From NCBI RefSeq assembly GCF_006345805.1, contig NW_021833255.1:1-64000 (forward strand): 64,000 nt of DNA. Direction: 5' to 3'. This stretch comes from Octopus sinensis. Its lineage: Eukaryota. The notes beneath the pieces are model-generated. The model was not told the DNA's origin, searched no databases, and worked only from the letters and a program-made list of their open reading frames with translations. The position numbers were made by a program, and so were the translations under genes. Positions 27,716 to 40,623 of this stretch are shown here, piece after piece. Every line of letters starts with the position of its first letter. Position 1 is the first letter of the stretch.

Positions 27716-28773
27716 CTCTCATGTTTTTTTTTGCATGAGAAATAGAATAACCAATAATTAAATTGTATGTATATAGAATAAAGAATGTATCGACTTTTCT
27801 TTTGCATAGTGACAGATTTTTTGTGTTTGACAGGTTTTCGTGTTGCAGAAATACTGCTCTTTCAAGTCGACGTGTGGAGCAGAGGGCCGGCCAGAGCCCG
27901 GAATAGATCATACAGAATTAAATGCATAAGATTAAAGAAAGAGAACGATCAGTGATAATTAGCGATAACATCACATAAACATACCCGTATAATCATATTC
28001 CAATGCATGAGCTATCGTAATAAAAGGTGGACAGCAACATTTACACTTTATCACGTGTATGAACAGGGTGTGAGTAGAATAAAAGTTTCGAATCAAATAA
28101 ATACTAAAGCTAACATTAGCAATAATAAAAATTAAGAGAGGGAAATATAGCCTTGAGATATATGTAATTAATTCATATACACATTCTCAGCCATATATCA
28201 ATGTAAAATACGTTGACGAAGCAAAGTTAAAGCTTGCTTGGAGATGTTAATGACGATTAACAATTGAATATTAGATATTTTGTTTTTACCTAAGCTGGAG
28301 AAGTGCATACGCTAAACGGATTCCAACAACGATGAGGATTAGAGAATAATACAAATTGTTCAGATCTGTCATAGTTTCGGCATTGCATATGAGGGGTCAG
28401 GAGCAACTTGAGAAAAATGACAAAGAAGAGGTAAGTCAAAAGAAGCATACACGCGAATACACACTGATATACGAAACATACGCTCACAAATACATACATA
28501 CAGACGTATGTTGTCGTAGTCGAAATTAGCTCGTATTCGAGTACTAAATCTGTAGCGAGTGATTGAGTCTCTTCATCCTGGTTGGTACGAAAGAATGTGT
28601 GTCTGTCTGTGTGAATCCCTAAAACTACACAACCAATTTCATTCAAATTTTACACATGCCATACTTAGGGTCCATGTAGTGTCATAGGCAAAAAAGTTTT
28701 AACTTTTTGCCTAGTGCGAGCCCACAGCAATATCATATCTTCTCCACTATTTCAGTATTACGTGTATTAGTGG

Positions 28774-28809
<36 letters not shown>

Positions 28810-28815
<6 letters not shown>

Positions 28816-28901
28816 AAAAGGTAATAAAATAAATTATTATTACCGGTGATCTAGTACTAGATCACCGGTAATAATAATTTATTTTATTACCTTTTTACTA
28901 T
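28810..28901. repeat. Perfect 92 bp palindrome without a loop
   Basis: Centre CTAGT|ACTAG at 28855/28856; follows (TA)n. Confidence 0.95.
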
Positions 28902-29050
28902 GTTCACATATCACTCGATAAATTTTTGATCGTAGACCCTCTCTGTTTGTCGGGTATGTTCTGCGTCTGCGCAATGGTTTGAAAAGTTAGAGAATGCAAG
29001 TCGGTAGAACCGCACATGCTTCTAACGATATGTACTTCTAGGATAACAAA

Positions 29051-29134
29051 GGCTGCTTACTGAAGAGTCTAGCCTTGGCAGATAAATTATATTTACTGCT
29101 AAAAAAAAGACGAAACTGCAGTATAAGATGAGCC
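29051..29134 (+). ncRNA. Type I hammerhead ribozyme motif (intact core)
   Basis: Stem I CUUA/UAAG extended by GGCU/AGCC; CUGAAGA 29060-29066; stem II GUCU/AGAC plus UUGGCAG/CUGCUAA; GAAAC-UGCA-GUA 29112-29123. Confidence 0.9.
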
Positions 29135-29238
29135 AAGTTTGTAAACGTTTTTGATTTTCATTTCATTGAATTTATCCATTTTTTGTGTATCTAGTACTTG
29201 CTTCTTCTTTTAGAGGCCTTTAATGTACTTATATATAT

Positions 29239-29344
<106 letters not shown>

Positions 29345-29460
29345 ATATGTGGGTATGTATATACTTGTATATATATATATATATATTATATATATATATA
29401 TATGTGTGTGTGTGTATATATATGTGGGTATGTATATACGTGTATATATATATATATATA

Positions 29461-29878
29461 TATACATAAACGGCAGTTTGTCTGTCTGTGTGTCTGTGTG
29501 TCTGTCAGGTTTGTACCCTCACCCTGACAACGGCTTTCAACCGATTCTGATGAAACTTAACACATACATAGCCCAATGTCATAATTCAAAACTAACGCAG
29601 CTAAAATTTTGAAAAGTTTCCCCAGTTCTGAAAAACATCGATAAATTCGACATGGGGTCGAGAATCTAAGCTTTTTATATGCAACACATTTTCTGTCTAG
29701 GGGACACAACTCGACCTTTTTATCGCCCAAAGGGACAGCTAGGAACATCGTATACACAGAAGTATTCGAGTGAAGAGAAGACATTGCAACCTATACATGC
29801 GCCTTCGTTCCCTAGAGGGAAAGGACTAGATTGGGATTAGTCGTTGCCTACTAGGGGCTCTTACATACCCGGGCAAAT
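29461..29878 (+). mobile_element. Non-autonomous Helitron/HINE-like element (related fragment ~28560-28770)
   Basis: 5' TATATACATAAA..GTCTGTCTG microsatellite head, CCGATTCTGATGAAACTT core, 3' CATACCCGGGCAA. Family call is from pattern recall. Confidence 0.45.
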
Positions 29879-30004
29879 AGAGATAAAACCACTATTAGGC
29901 AAATCAAACAATGAAAAACATAAGCCAATACGTAAAATTAATTAATTTATATTATTTTAAATATATATCAAAAGTATTAAAAGTTTAATAAAAGATAAAG
30001 AGTA

Positions 30005-30078
30005 AAACACTACGATCGTTTCATGGCTGTACAATTCGTAATAATTCGAGTTATAGTTACAGTCAATCTTCAGGTTAA
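30005..30078 (-). ncRNA. Hammerhead ribozyme motif (core intact, weak stem I)
   Basis: Minus strand CUGAAGA 30073-30067; stem II UGACUGUA/UACAGCCA; GAAAC-GAUC-GUA 30022-30011. Confidence 0.65.
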
Positions 30079-30639
30079 TTGAAATCTCTAAAATATAATC
30101 AGAAATATTTAAACAATATTTTTAAGATATGAAAAATATAATAATTTTACTTATAATAAACTCTATTATCAAACTAGAAACATAAAACTTAACAATTATG
30201 ATTAGATCAAAATCGACTATAATGTTAAATATTAATTTTAATTTATAAGGTAGGAAACCCACCAATAATCTAATATCGGTATTAATCTATATCTAATTAC
30301 ATAAATATTTAAAAATGACTATTATATATAAATTATCAATGAAAATATATAAATGTATATAAATATTATAATTAAGATCTAAAATAATCTCTATAAATAA
30401 ATATATATGCACCTATAATAAAAACCTAATAAATTAATTTTTCATATTTAAAGATGAAATAGCTAATTTCAAAATACAAATAAACAAACTTAAACGAATT
30501 TTCGGAAATTTATGTAAAATACTTATAGAAATAATCAATTCGTAGTAATATAGTATCGAATAAATACTATAAATACTATAAATATAATTATCAATGGGAA
30601 TAACTAGCGAATATCAATGTAAAAAAATAACTAAGTTAT

Positions 30640-30712
30640 GCTATTAAATTAGACATGGCCTGGACCAATCTTTAGTCGAAACATATCTAAGTTTATCTAA
30701 TTTAATTATAAA
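30640..30712 (+). mobile_element. Very short CR1 3' tail
   Basis: GCTATTAAATTAGACATGGCCTGGACCAATC...CTAAGTTTATCTAA, as at 37455-37521. Confidence 0.7.
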
Positions 30713-32167
30713 TTTAAAACTACAATTAATACTATTAAAACATGTATATACAAAAGCCTATCTTTATACACCTCGTATACTTGCTATCAAATAACAAATC
30801 TATCGCTAAGTAGTATCTTACGAATAAACTTAAATTTAATATCTAATAATATAGAAAATTACGATAATTAGATCATTACATAAATAACGATATTTACAAA
30901 AGGAAAATATTATTACACCAAAGACTTATACAATATTAAAATATACAATTTGAAGATCTTAAATATAAATAAATGCTTATCTTAGCGAGGTTTAGCAATG
31001 AACTAAAATTTTGAATCGGAAAACGTTTTTACAGCGTTTATAAGAATACTCGTGGAATTACGTTATTAGCAAAAAAAAGAATAAATTGTTGAAGAATTCA
31101 TTAAGCGTGAGGAACATACGCTTTATCAATGAGATTGTGAATGGGAAAATTAATGGTTTATCATTGTAAATAGAATGAAGTCACAAATAAAGAATAAAAT
31201 CTCTTTATACTATAATATTTATTAATAAAATAACTATGATAAATAATACTTAATACAAAATAAATTAAATGATTTAAATGATTAAAAACCACTAATTATT
31301 AAATATATTCTAAAAAACTTATATGATTAATAAATATATAAAAAAGTTTTTTTATATAGTAACCTCTCATCATACTATAAAGTCTTTCCCCTTGCTCTTA
31401 TAGTTATAAGCTAAAATTATTGATCATAACCAAATCTATAAATACTTATCAAAATTTGTAGCATAACTATACCTACGTATACATAAATATATAAAAAAAT
31501 ATATATACATATACATATATATACATATATATATACATATATATATACATACATATACATACACATATACACATACATACACACATACATACATATACAT
31601 ATATACACACATATATATACACACATACACATATGCACACACATACATACATATACATACATACAATACTCAATATATACACATACACCTATATACACAC
31701 ACACATAAATAAATGTATATACATATATATACACGCACATCAACATATACACATATATACATACACACACTACCTCATATATCGTATAATAAATACGTAT
31801 ATAAATGTCTATATTCATACTACAATACAAAATAGAGGTAAACATTAAGTTTAATCTAAATAATTAATCTACTAATCTATACTTCTATATTAAATAAAAT
31901 AGATTAAATAAACAACTAAATAAGTCTATTTCAAATATAAAGAGATTACATACAAATAGATTAATATAACAAAATTATAATTTAACGAAATTATAACTGA
32001 AATATAACAAAATATATAATATAAATAAAATTGTAACTTACCAGACTCTATATTCAATAAACCATTAAATATTTATTATATATATCTAATGTAGGATAAC
32101 ATTTTTTCGAAAAAAAATTTATCAATGGCCAGCATATTAAAAAATACCTTTAAAGGTTAAATTATAA

Positions 32168-32227
32168 ACAACTTATAAATAAGGGCAAACGAAAAAACTT
32201 TTTCGTTTGCCCTTATTTATAAGTTGT
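32168..32227. repeat. 60 bp palindrome (29 bp arms, 2-nt loop)
   Basis: ACAACTTATAAATAAGGGCAAACGAAAAA-AC-TTTTTCGTTTGCCCTTATTTATAAGTTGT. Confidence 0.93.
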
Positions 32228-32740
32228 ATATATACATACATACATTATGATTGCTCATAATCCACACTGATTGCTGAAGTATAAAGACGTGTCTTTACTC
32301 CTCTCCGCGCCGGTCAGCAGCAAGCTTCACAGCTACAAACGAAATTGACCATCACATATATTCTTGTATATTTGAAACCACGCGTCTTCCCAACTCGTGA
32401 GTAGACTTTTCTTTAACTACAAATTATGCTCATAAATTTCAAACGACCAAATAAACAAAACCACACACTTCTACGAGAGAGTATTTATTTATATATACAC
32501 TTCGTCAACACCTTCTGATAACTAAAGGATCAACCACACATTAAAAATTAGAAAAAGAGGGGAAAAAAAAGAAAAGAAAAGAAAGATAAAATAACTGCAA
32601 GCTCATAATTCAAATACAAATTTCTCAGTATTACATCAAACATTCTGTACAATCTATTCTACATACGTCTCCTTAAAAAAAATAAGATAAAATAAAATAA
32701 AAAATAAAAGTAAATAAAAATAATCAACAAAACAAACGAA

Positions 32741-33150
32741 CAGGAGTGGCTGTGTGGTAAGTAGGTTGCTAACCAACCACATGGTTCCGGGTTCAGTCCC
32801 ACTGCGTGGCATCTTGGGCAAGTGTCTTCTGCTATAGCCCCGGGCCGACCAATGCCTTGTGAGTGGATTTGGTAGACAGAAACTGAAAGAAGCCCGTCGT
32901 ATATATGTATATATATATATATATGTGTGTGTATGTGTGTGTGTTTGTGTGTGTGTTTGTCCCCCTAGCATTGCTTGACAACCGATGCTGGTGTGTTTAC
33001 GTCCCCGTCACTTAGCGGTTCGGCAAAAAGAGACCGATAGAATAAGTACTGGGCTTACAAAGAATAAGTCCCGGGGTCGATTTGCTCGACTAAAGGCGGT
33101 GCTCCAGCATGGCCGCAGTCAAATGACTGAAACAAGTAAAAGAGTAAAGA
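32741..33150 (+). mobile_element. SINE family A with internal microsatellite; other copies or halves at ~1398-1570, 2799-2945(-), 4833-5025, 14737-14885, 22659-22805, 41787-42205, 42556-43000, 53880-54490, 54940-55610, 57066-57330
   Basis: Recurrent GGAGTGGCTGTGTGGTAAG head, CTTGGGCAAGTGTCTTC core and CAGCATGGCCGCAGTCAAATGACTGAAAC tail. Confidence 0.9.
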
Positions 33151-33189
33151 GAGTAACAAAATAAAATTTAATAAAACATATCCACCAGA

Positions 33190-36100
33190 ATGGCTAGCCA
33201 CCAAAAATCCAACAAAAACTGGTCTGATAATGAAATCGACGTTTTATCAGCACATGGCGTGGCCTTACCCAAACTGAGAGAATAGGAGCTTCGTGTCTGA
33301 ACGAAATTGCTAAACGAACAGTTCACCATTTGCAAACTCGATCTGAACAGCAGATACAAAATAAGTTAAAACAAATCGAAGTTGCTTTTAAATTAATAAA
33401 TAAACACTTCGATAAACTGAGATGTGTTTTCTCTTCGAACGCATCTCCGGCACAACAACAACAACAACAACCTCAACAACAAACAGCGGCAACAACAAGA
33501 GTATGAACCACTCCTTGATTCTTCTACAATGGCCGATTTGCTAAACGAAACGATTGACCCCCCCAGTCATCAGGGTCACACAGCAGGAAGCACCACCCCT
33601 TCCTTTCACTGCCCCAGCAGCTCAATCATCATCATTGTCAACATCTTCTCCCCTGCTTACAACTACTAGTACTACACCCACTATCTATCCACAAACATCT
33701 TTGTCTACCGCTATATCATGGAATCCACCTCCTCAATCATCATCACTGTCATCATCTCTTCTGCCTACTACTACTACTACAACTACTACTACTAATGCTA
33801 TCTCAAGGAGTCTACCTCCTACAGGTCACAAAGGTCGCCAAAACCTCAACAAACTATCATCTACAACTCATACACGCACCTACACACCCACTCGAAACCC
33901 CATCATTTGCCGATATTCTCTTCGCCATAAATTATGCACTGATAGCGACTGCAAATTCACCCATTTACCGGGAACAAAACGCTATATCCCCACAAACTAC
34001 AACAGCTACCACCATAATGCATACTCTATTACAACACCACCACAACCACCAATAACTAAAAGAAGGAATCCTCAAATCTGCCGCTATTCCCAGCGAGACA
34101 GATTGTGTTTGCACAGAGATTACCCCTTTACCCATCTCCCGGGGACTCGTCGGACAATTGATTATAAAAGTAAAAATAAAAACAAAAAAACCTACGACTC
34201 ATATAACAATAACCACAACCACAGTCACATACAGTTCCCTACAATAACCATATAATAATAACCACAACCACAGTCACCTACAGTTCCCTAGACAGGAAAC
34301 TTCTTTCTCTTTTTTAGCTATAATTAATCTAGCAAAAGAACTGGAAAAAAAACATCCGAGCTATCACCCATCACCATTCACCACTATCACCCCACTGCAC
34401 ATGCCATTAAAAAAGCAATCAAATAAACAAAACACCAAAACAATTAAAAATATCCACTCTCGCCTCAACATTTTTGCTTAATGCCCAAGGCATCAGCCCT
34501 TCCACCAATACTCAAAAATGGAAGATAAAATTCCTGGAGGACTGGGTCGATACCCATCCAAACCACATCCCTTTCTTCGTCCTCACTGAAACCCATCTTA
34601 GTAACCTCCACTTGGAAGCCGAGGTGAAAGTTAAAAATTTCAAAGCCATTCGTGCTGATCGTGCTGGCAGAAGAAAGGGTGGGACTGCCATTTATGTTCA
34701 TGATTCTTTCTCAACAGAGGTTATGAACATATTTTCCAATGGATACTGCGAAGCAGTCGCTGTATTAAGTCAACCCAACAACTTAACAGTAGTTGGGCTC
34801 TACAGACCACCCCAAACGCCCCTACCATGCTTCAAGGAATGCCTCAATAACATAAAGTGTTTCATTCAGCAGTATCAATCTGACAACATCTTAATGATGG
34901 GGGACTTCAATCTCCCTGGAGTTGACTGGTCTATAAACAGTCTGCCGCTAGGTTCTTCTGCCTCAACCCCTGACAGGGAGGCAGTGGAATCGCTTCATGA
35001 TTTCATGGATGATTTTTTCCTGTCCCAACTGGTGCTCGAACCAACGGGATGTCACAAAAACGTCCTAGACTTAATTTTCAGCAATCACACTGACACTATC
35101 CATAATATTGTAGTGGAGAAAACCCTACTCTCCGACCATGACATGGTTCTCTGTGATCTGAGATTTCACCGGCCAAAATGCAAAACAAATGTCATCCCTC
35201 CTGTCCATCCATTTGACACTATGGATTTCCACAACGCAAACTGGGAAGCGATCAGTAATGATCTTGCACAAGTCGATTGGTCCTTCACGCACACATACAC
35301 ACCCACTAACATAAAAAAAAAACATCAATAAGTCCTGGCAGTCATTTGTAGACACCATTACGAACATATGTGCAAAACACACCCCATTAAGATCTGCAAA
35401 CAAATCTAAGTGCAGAATCCCCAGAAATAGAAAAAACTCTCATCAGGAAAATTAAAAGAATCAACAAAAAAATCAACAAGCTAAAATACTGCCAACAGCA
35501 ACACACCAACCTGACTGCCATCACGTCACTAGAGATTAAAAAAACATAACCTCTAAAACAACATGATGTCTATCATCAATAGTCAGAGAAGAGCTGAAGA
35601 GGCCTGGGCCATTGAGAAGATCAAACTTAATCCCAAAGTGTCCTTCTCATTTGCAAAACAACACAAAGTTACTGGCTCTACTGTTGGCCCTCTGATTGAT
35701 GAAAATCGTACTCTTCAAGACAATGCCAAAACCAGGGAGAGATGTTGCAAAAACAATACTGCTCTGTTTTCAGCAATCCTGATATGGCTGATCTGGGCTG
35801 TATCACTGATGTTACTCCCCAATACACTTTATCGGACATAACCTTTGGCGCTCCTGATGTCTTAGCAGCAATAAAGGAAATGAAGCATAATTCAGCAGTA
35901 GGTCCCGATAGGTTCCCTGCTTGTGTCTTGAAGATGTGTCAACACCAACTTGCACCTCCTCTAGCCAATCTGTGGCGGAACTCACTGGATGCTGGATATA
36001 TACCAGAAAACCTTCTATCCCAGTCTGTTGTCCCAGTTTTCAAAAAAGGAAACAAATCTCTTGCCGTGAATTACCGTCCAATCTCACTCACCTCTCATAT

Positions 36101-37521
36101 CATTAAGGTATTTGAGAGAGTGGTGAGATCGCGTATGACTCACTTCCTTGAGAGTCATAATATGCTGAACTCCAACCAGTATGGATTCCGTAATGGAAGG
36201 GATTGCCTGACACAGCTACTGCATCACTTCGATGACATTTTGAGAGCCTTGGGAGAGGGTTCCAACACTGATGTTATCTACCTTGATTTCAGCAAGGCCT
36301 TTGACAGGGTTGATCATAAGATCCTTTTGAGAAAGCTGTCCAATATTAGTGTCACTGGAAAGCTGCTGCAGTGGATCAAGTGCTTCCTGTCTAACAGAAC
36401 CCAACATGTTGTAGTCGAAGGAGTCAAATCCAGCCCAGCCAAAGTCAGCAGTGGTGTCCCACAAGGCACTGTGTTGGGCCCACTTCTCTTCATCATCTAC
36501 ATTAATGACATCACTGACATCATCAAACACAGTAACATCAGAATTTTTGCTGATGATTCCAAGCTCCAGAAGGTCATCAATGTCGTGGATGACCGGATAA
36601 ACCTTCAGTCAGACCTACTGGCTGTTGTCCAATGGGCGGAAAAGAACAACATGTTGCTAAACGAAGACAAATTCGAATTGATCCACTTTGGAAGGGAGGA
36701 CGCTCTGAAACTCCCATACTCCCTTCCTTCTGGTGAAACTCTCATGGCGTCTAACAACAGCAGAGACTTGGGAGTAACTGTGGACAACAACATAAGCTGG
36801 GCTACACATATAAGCAGCAAAGTTGACATGGCCCGCAGAATGTGTTCCTGGATTCTCAGAACCTTCCAGTCGAGAGATTCCCACACCATTATCCTTCTCT
36901 TCTCCACCTTTTCCCGACCTCACCTTGAATACTGCTGTCCACTGTGGTCTCCCTACACGAAACGGAATATTATGAAAGTTGAAGCTCCCCAAAGGTCAAT
37001 CACGAAAAAGATAGATGGCATGTCAGACCTTGACTACTGGGATCGACTGGAAAAGCTGAAACTGTATTCACTCCAACGACGCCGTGAACGCTACATTATC
37101 TGTATGACGTGGAAAATATTCCATCAGCACTGTCCAAATGATATTAGTATCACCTTCAAAATACATCCAAGACTTGGACCCCGTGCCATCCGTCCACAAC
37201 AAAAATCTCAATCGCATCTCATAACAACATTGTGGCACAATTATTTCACCGCAATTGGACCCGCCTTCTTCAACATTACACTAAGACACGTCAAAACAGA
37301 AACTGACCACACAAAATTCAAGAAGATTTTGGACAAATTCCTTCAAACAGTCCCGGACAAACTACCCACACCCGGATATGTCTCCGCAAACAATAACTCT
37401 CTGCTCGAATGGGCCTTGGTGCCCAAATCCTGAATTGAAAGACTTCACCAGGTGGCGCTATTAAGTTAGACATGGCCTGGGCCAATACTGGGCAAAACCT
37501 TTCTAAGTTATTCTAAGTTAT
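33190..37521 (+). mobile_element. Near full-length CR1-clade LINE (ORF1 with CCCH fingers; APE endonuclease + RT), frameshifted
   Basis: APE ORF 34474-35331 (LTETHL, MGDFN, SDHDMV); RT ORF 35742-37433 (YLDFSKAFD, GVPQGTVLGP, FADD, LYSLQRRRER); short tandem CTAAGTTAT 3' tail. The 5' UTR may extend to ~32240. Confidence 0.92.
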
Positions 37522-37642
37522 ATATATGACACTACATTTTTATTATTATTTTTTTTGTATATATTTATTATTATTTTTTTGCAAAAAACAATGTAATTTT
37601 CTTTTTTCCCCCTCCTCAAATTTAAAAAAAAATTTTATTTAC

Positions 37643-37684
37643 AATTCTTGAAAAGTCACATTGTGACGAAAACCGGTTTGAATT
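37643..37684 (+). ncRNA. Minimal hammerhead ribozyme motif, U3-A8 core variant
   Basis: AAUUC-UUGAAAA-GUCAC AUU GUGAC-GAAA-ACCGGU-UU-GAAUU: three stems in the correct order. Confidence 0.65.
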
Positions 37685-39148
37685 AATATATATATATTTT
37701 ATCAATTTTTCAAAATTTTCCATACACCCATTTTCATAAAAAATTTTCTTTCAATTTAGCATTCTGCCTTTTTATAATTTTTCCTTGCCTATATATATAT
37801 ATATATATATATATATCTTTCTGTGTGTGTGTGTGTGCATACATATGTGATCCCATCAGTTAATATTTAATTTCTTTATATTGATACAGGGCCTATACAA
37901 CGGATCCATTCTTGGCCTGAATTAAAATCATAAAGAGGCGTGAAGAATTACTCGAATATTCTTTCTCAGCGTCACCAATTCTATTCAACGATATTCGTCA
38001 TAGAACTAATATTTCCTGCTGCTGGATCTTCGGTTTCTGAACGTCTGGATTACATGGCATCACTCAACATGCAATAGAAACTACATCGTAAACCCGAAAC
38101 ATACAAGTTTTCTAAACTAATATTAATTATACTTAAACAAATCAAAGAATTTAGACCATATTGCAGACTGATCTCTCTTGGAGTTTACTACCACTATCTA
38201 TGACGTACGCACTGATATTTTACTATAAAATGTTATTATAAAAACCAAAGAACCAACTGGAATTGAAAACTCATTTTGTAATACTTAATTGGATCTCAAA
38301 TATCCTTCAGCTGTTTCTTATGCATTTGTAAAGTCTCAGATTTACAGTAGATACAGAAGGATTCGGGCATGATGGTGTTAATTCCTGTCTCAAATAGTCA
38401 AATCCTTGAACCTTTATTCTCTGCAGGTTTCTGTCACAGCCCTGTTTCTTTACTTATTTTATTGCATTTTCGCCTTAACTTGACATTTTCTATTCCGAAA
38501 TAAAAGAGAACCTCAGTTAACAAACTCCATAACTGATGAATATTGTTACTTGAATTTATAGTAATTGCAAAGTAAAGTACATGTTTCTCGATAAAAAAAG
38601 TGTACTAATTTACTGTGACCCTATAATTCTAACTGTACTGTACAAAAGACATTTTGTTCATAATTTTGGAAGAACACATTTTATTCTATGCAAAACACAC
38701 TTGAGAAAACAAAGATCTGTTATATAATAAGTAATTTCAGAGAAGGCAATAACGCAACCTAATCAAAGTTATTACTTATTGAACTGCTACAATTGTTTGT
38801 TAGTGTATGTTAAGATTCCTCATCGATTGGTATAATTTCAGATTCTAAACGTCAATCGAAATTGATTTTATACAAACCAAAGAACCAAATGGAAGTTAAC
38901 AAAGCAATTAATGTGTATATTTACTTGAGTTATGATTGATTCGAAAATAACGTATATGTTTATCGATAAAAAATGTACTAATTTACCGTGAACATTAACT
39001 CTACCCAAAATGTACTAGAGGTACGTTATTGAAGTGCTACAATTGTTTGTTAGTGTATGTTAGATTCCTCATCGATTGATATAATTTCAGATTCTAAGCG
39101 TCAATCGAAACTTTGTGAGAATCTGGAAAACCTGAAGTTCAAGAGAAA

Positions 39149-40623
39149 ATGTCGAGGTTTATCAGATGGGTGAAACATTACACTTCATGTCGATGGAGAT
39201 TATGTTATGCCTGTACTGTTGCTTTTCTTCTGATGCAAACATTAAGAGTTGATCTAAGCATGGCTTTTGTTTGTATGTTGAAACCACTCAATCGTACAAC
39301 TGAGAAGGTTAACATTACTGCAAACAACCGAGAGTGTTCTACTTCGGACAATATTCTATGAATCAAAACTATGAAGGAGAGTTCGAATGGAGCGATGCTC
39401 TACAATCGAATATGTTGGCAGGGTACTTCTATGGGTATATAGCAACTAATATTTTGGGTGGTGTATTGGCAGATAAATATGGTGGGAAAAGGGTTCTTGG
39501 AGGTTCACTTCTCATAGCATCAATTTTGACCATTCTTTACCCAAGTTTATCTCGAATTAGTGGTTACTTTACACTTTTTCTAAGGATATTAACTGGCATG
39601 GCATCGTCAGCGGTGCCCCCATCAATTCAGTCCTTATTTGGACGTTGGGGCCCTCCAAAAGAAATCAGTTCTTTGATTGGGTTTTCATTTGCTGGTCAGT
39701 TTATAGGTAGTATTGTAGGTCTTTCAATATCTGGTTTTCTTTGTGTTTATGGATTTGATAATGGATGGGGTTCCATATTTTATATATTTGGTGGAATATC
39801 GTTGGTATTTAGTTGTGTATGGTTTTACATTGTTTATGATAATCCAGACGTCCATCCCACAATCAGCGAAGAAGAACGTTCTTACTTAAAAAGGACTATA
39901 GTAAGTGAAAATGTAGTCAAGAATCTGCCTTGGCGACGACTGATTTTCTCACCTGCCGTATGGGCTATTAATTTCGGTATGTTTTCTTATGGCTGGACTG
40001 ATATATCTTTCCAAGTATTGCTCCCTCTGTATATGAAAGAAGCCTTAAACGTTAATACAACAGCGAACGGTTTAATGTCGTCTGTTCCTTCCATTGGACA
40101 AATCATTGCTCTACCGTTGTGTGGAAAATGTGCAGATATTTTACGTTCCAAGAAATATCTGTCAACTCGTTCCGTACGAGTTTTATTCCAAACATTTTCC
40201 ATGGTGGCTTCAGCATGTCTGCTGATTGCCATAGGATTCCTTAGATGTGACCAAACCATTCTAATAACACTGCTTTTGTTTCTCAGTGGTATAACAATAT
40301 CATTTACCAGTGGTGGTGCCCTCGTCAATAACAATGACATTGCTCCAAATTATGCTGGTGTTATATTTGGATTTGCCAACACATTTACTTCCATAGCAGG
40401 CTGCATTAGCGCCGTATCTACTAACGCTCTAACACCAAACGGTACACAAAAAGAATGGCAGATCACGTTCGCCGTGTACGCTGCTATTTGTGTATTTGGT
40501 GCAATATTTTTTGCAATATTAGCAAAAGGAGAGATCCAAGATTGGACAGGTCCAGAAGTACCCGGATCATCTGTGCATCCTAGCAACAGGAATACAAAAG
40601 GAAGAGATGAGAAAATTCTTTGA
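39149..40623 (+). pseudogene. SLC17A5-like: SLC17 sialin-like copy 4 (single exon, one -1 frameshift near 39351)
   Basis: ORFs 39149-39361 and 39334-40623 join into a full-length transporter if one T is restored in GAC AAT (T)AT TCT ATG. May be intact in vivo. Confidence 0.87.
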
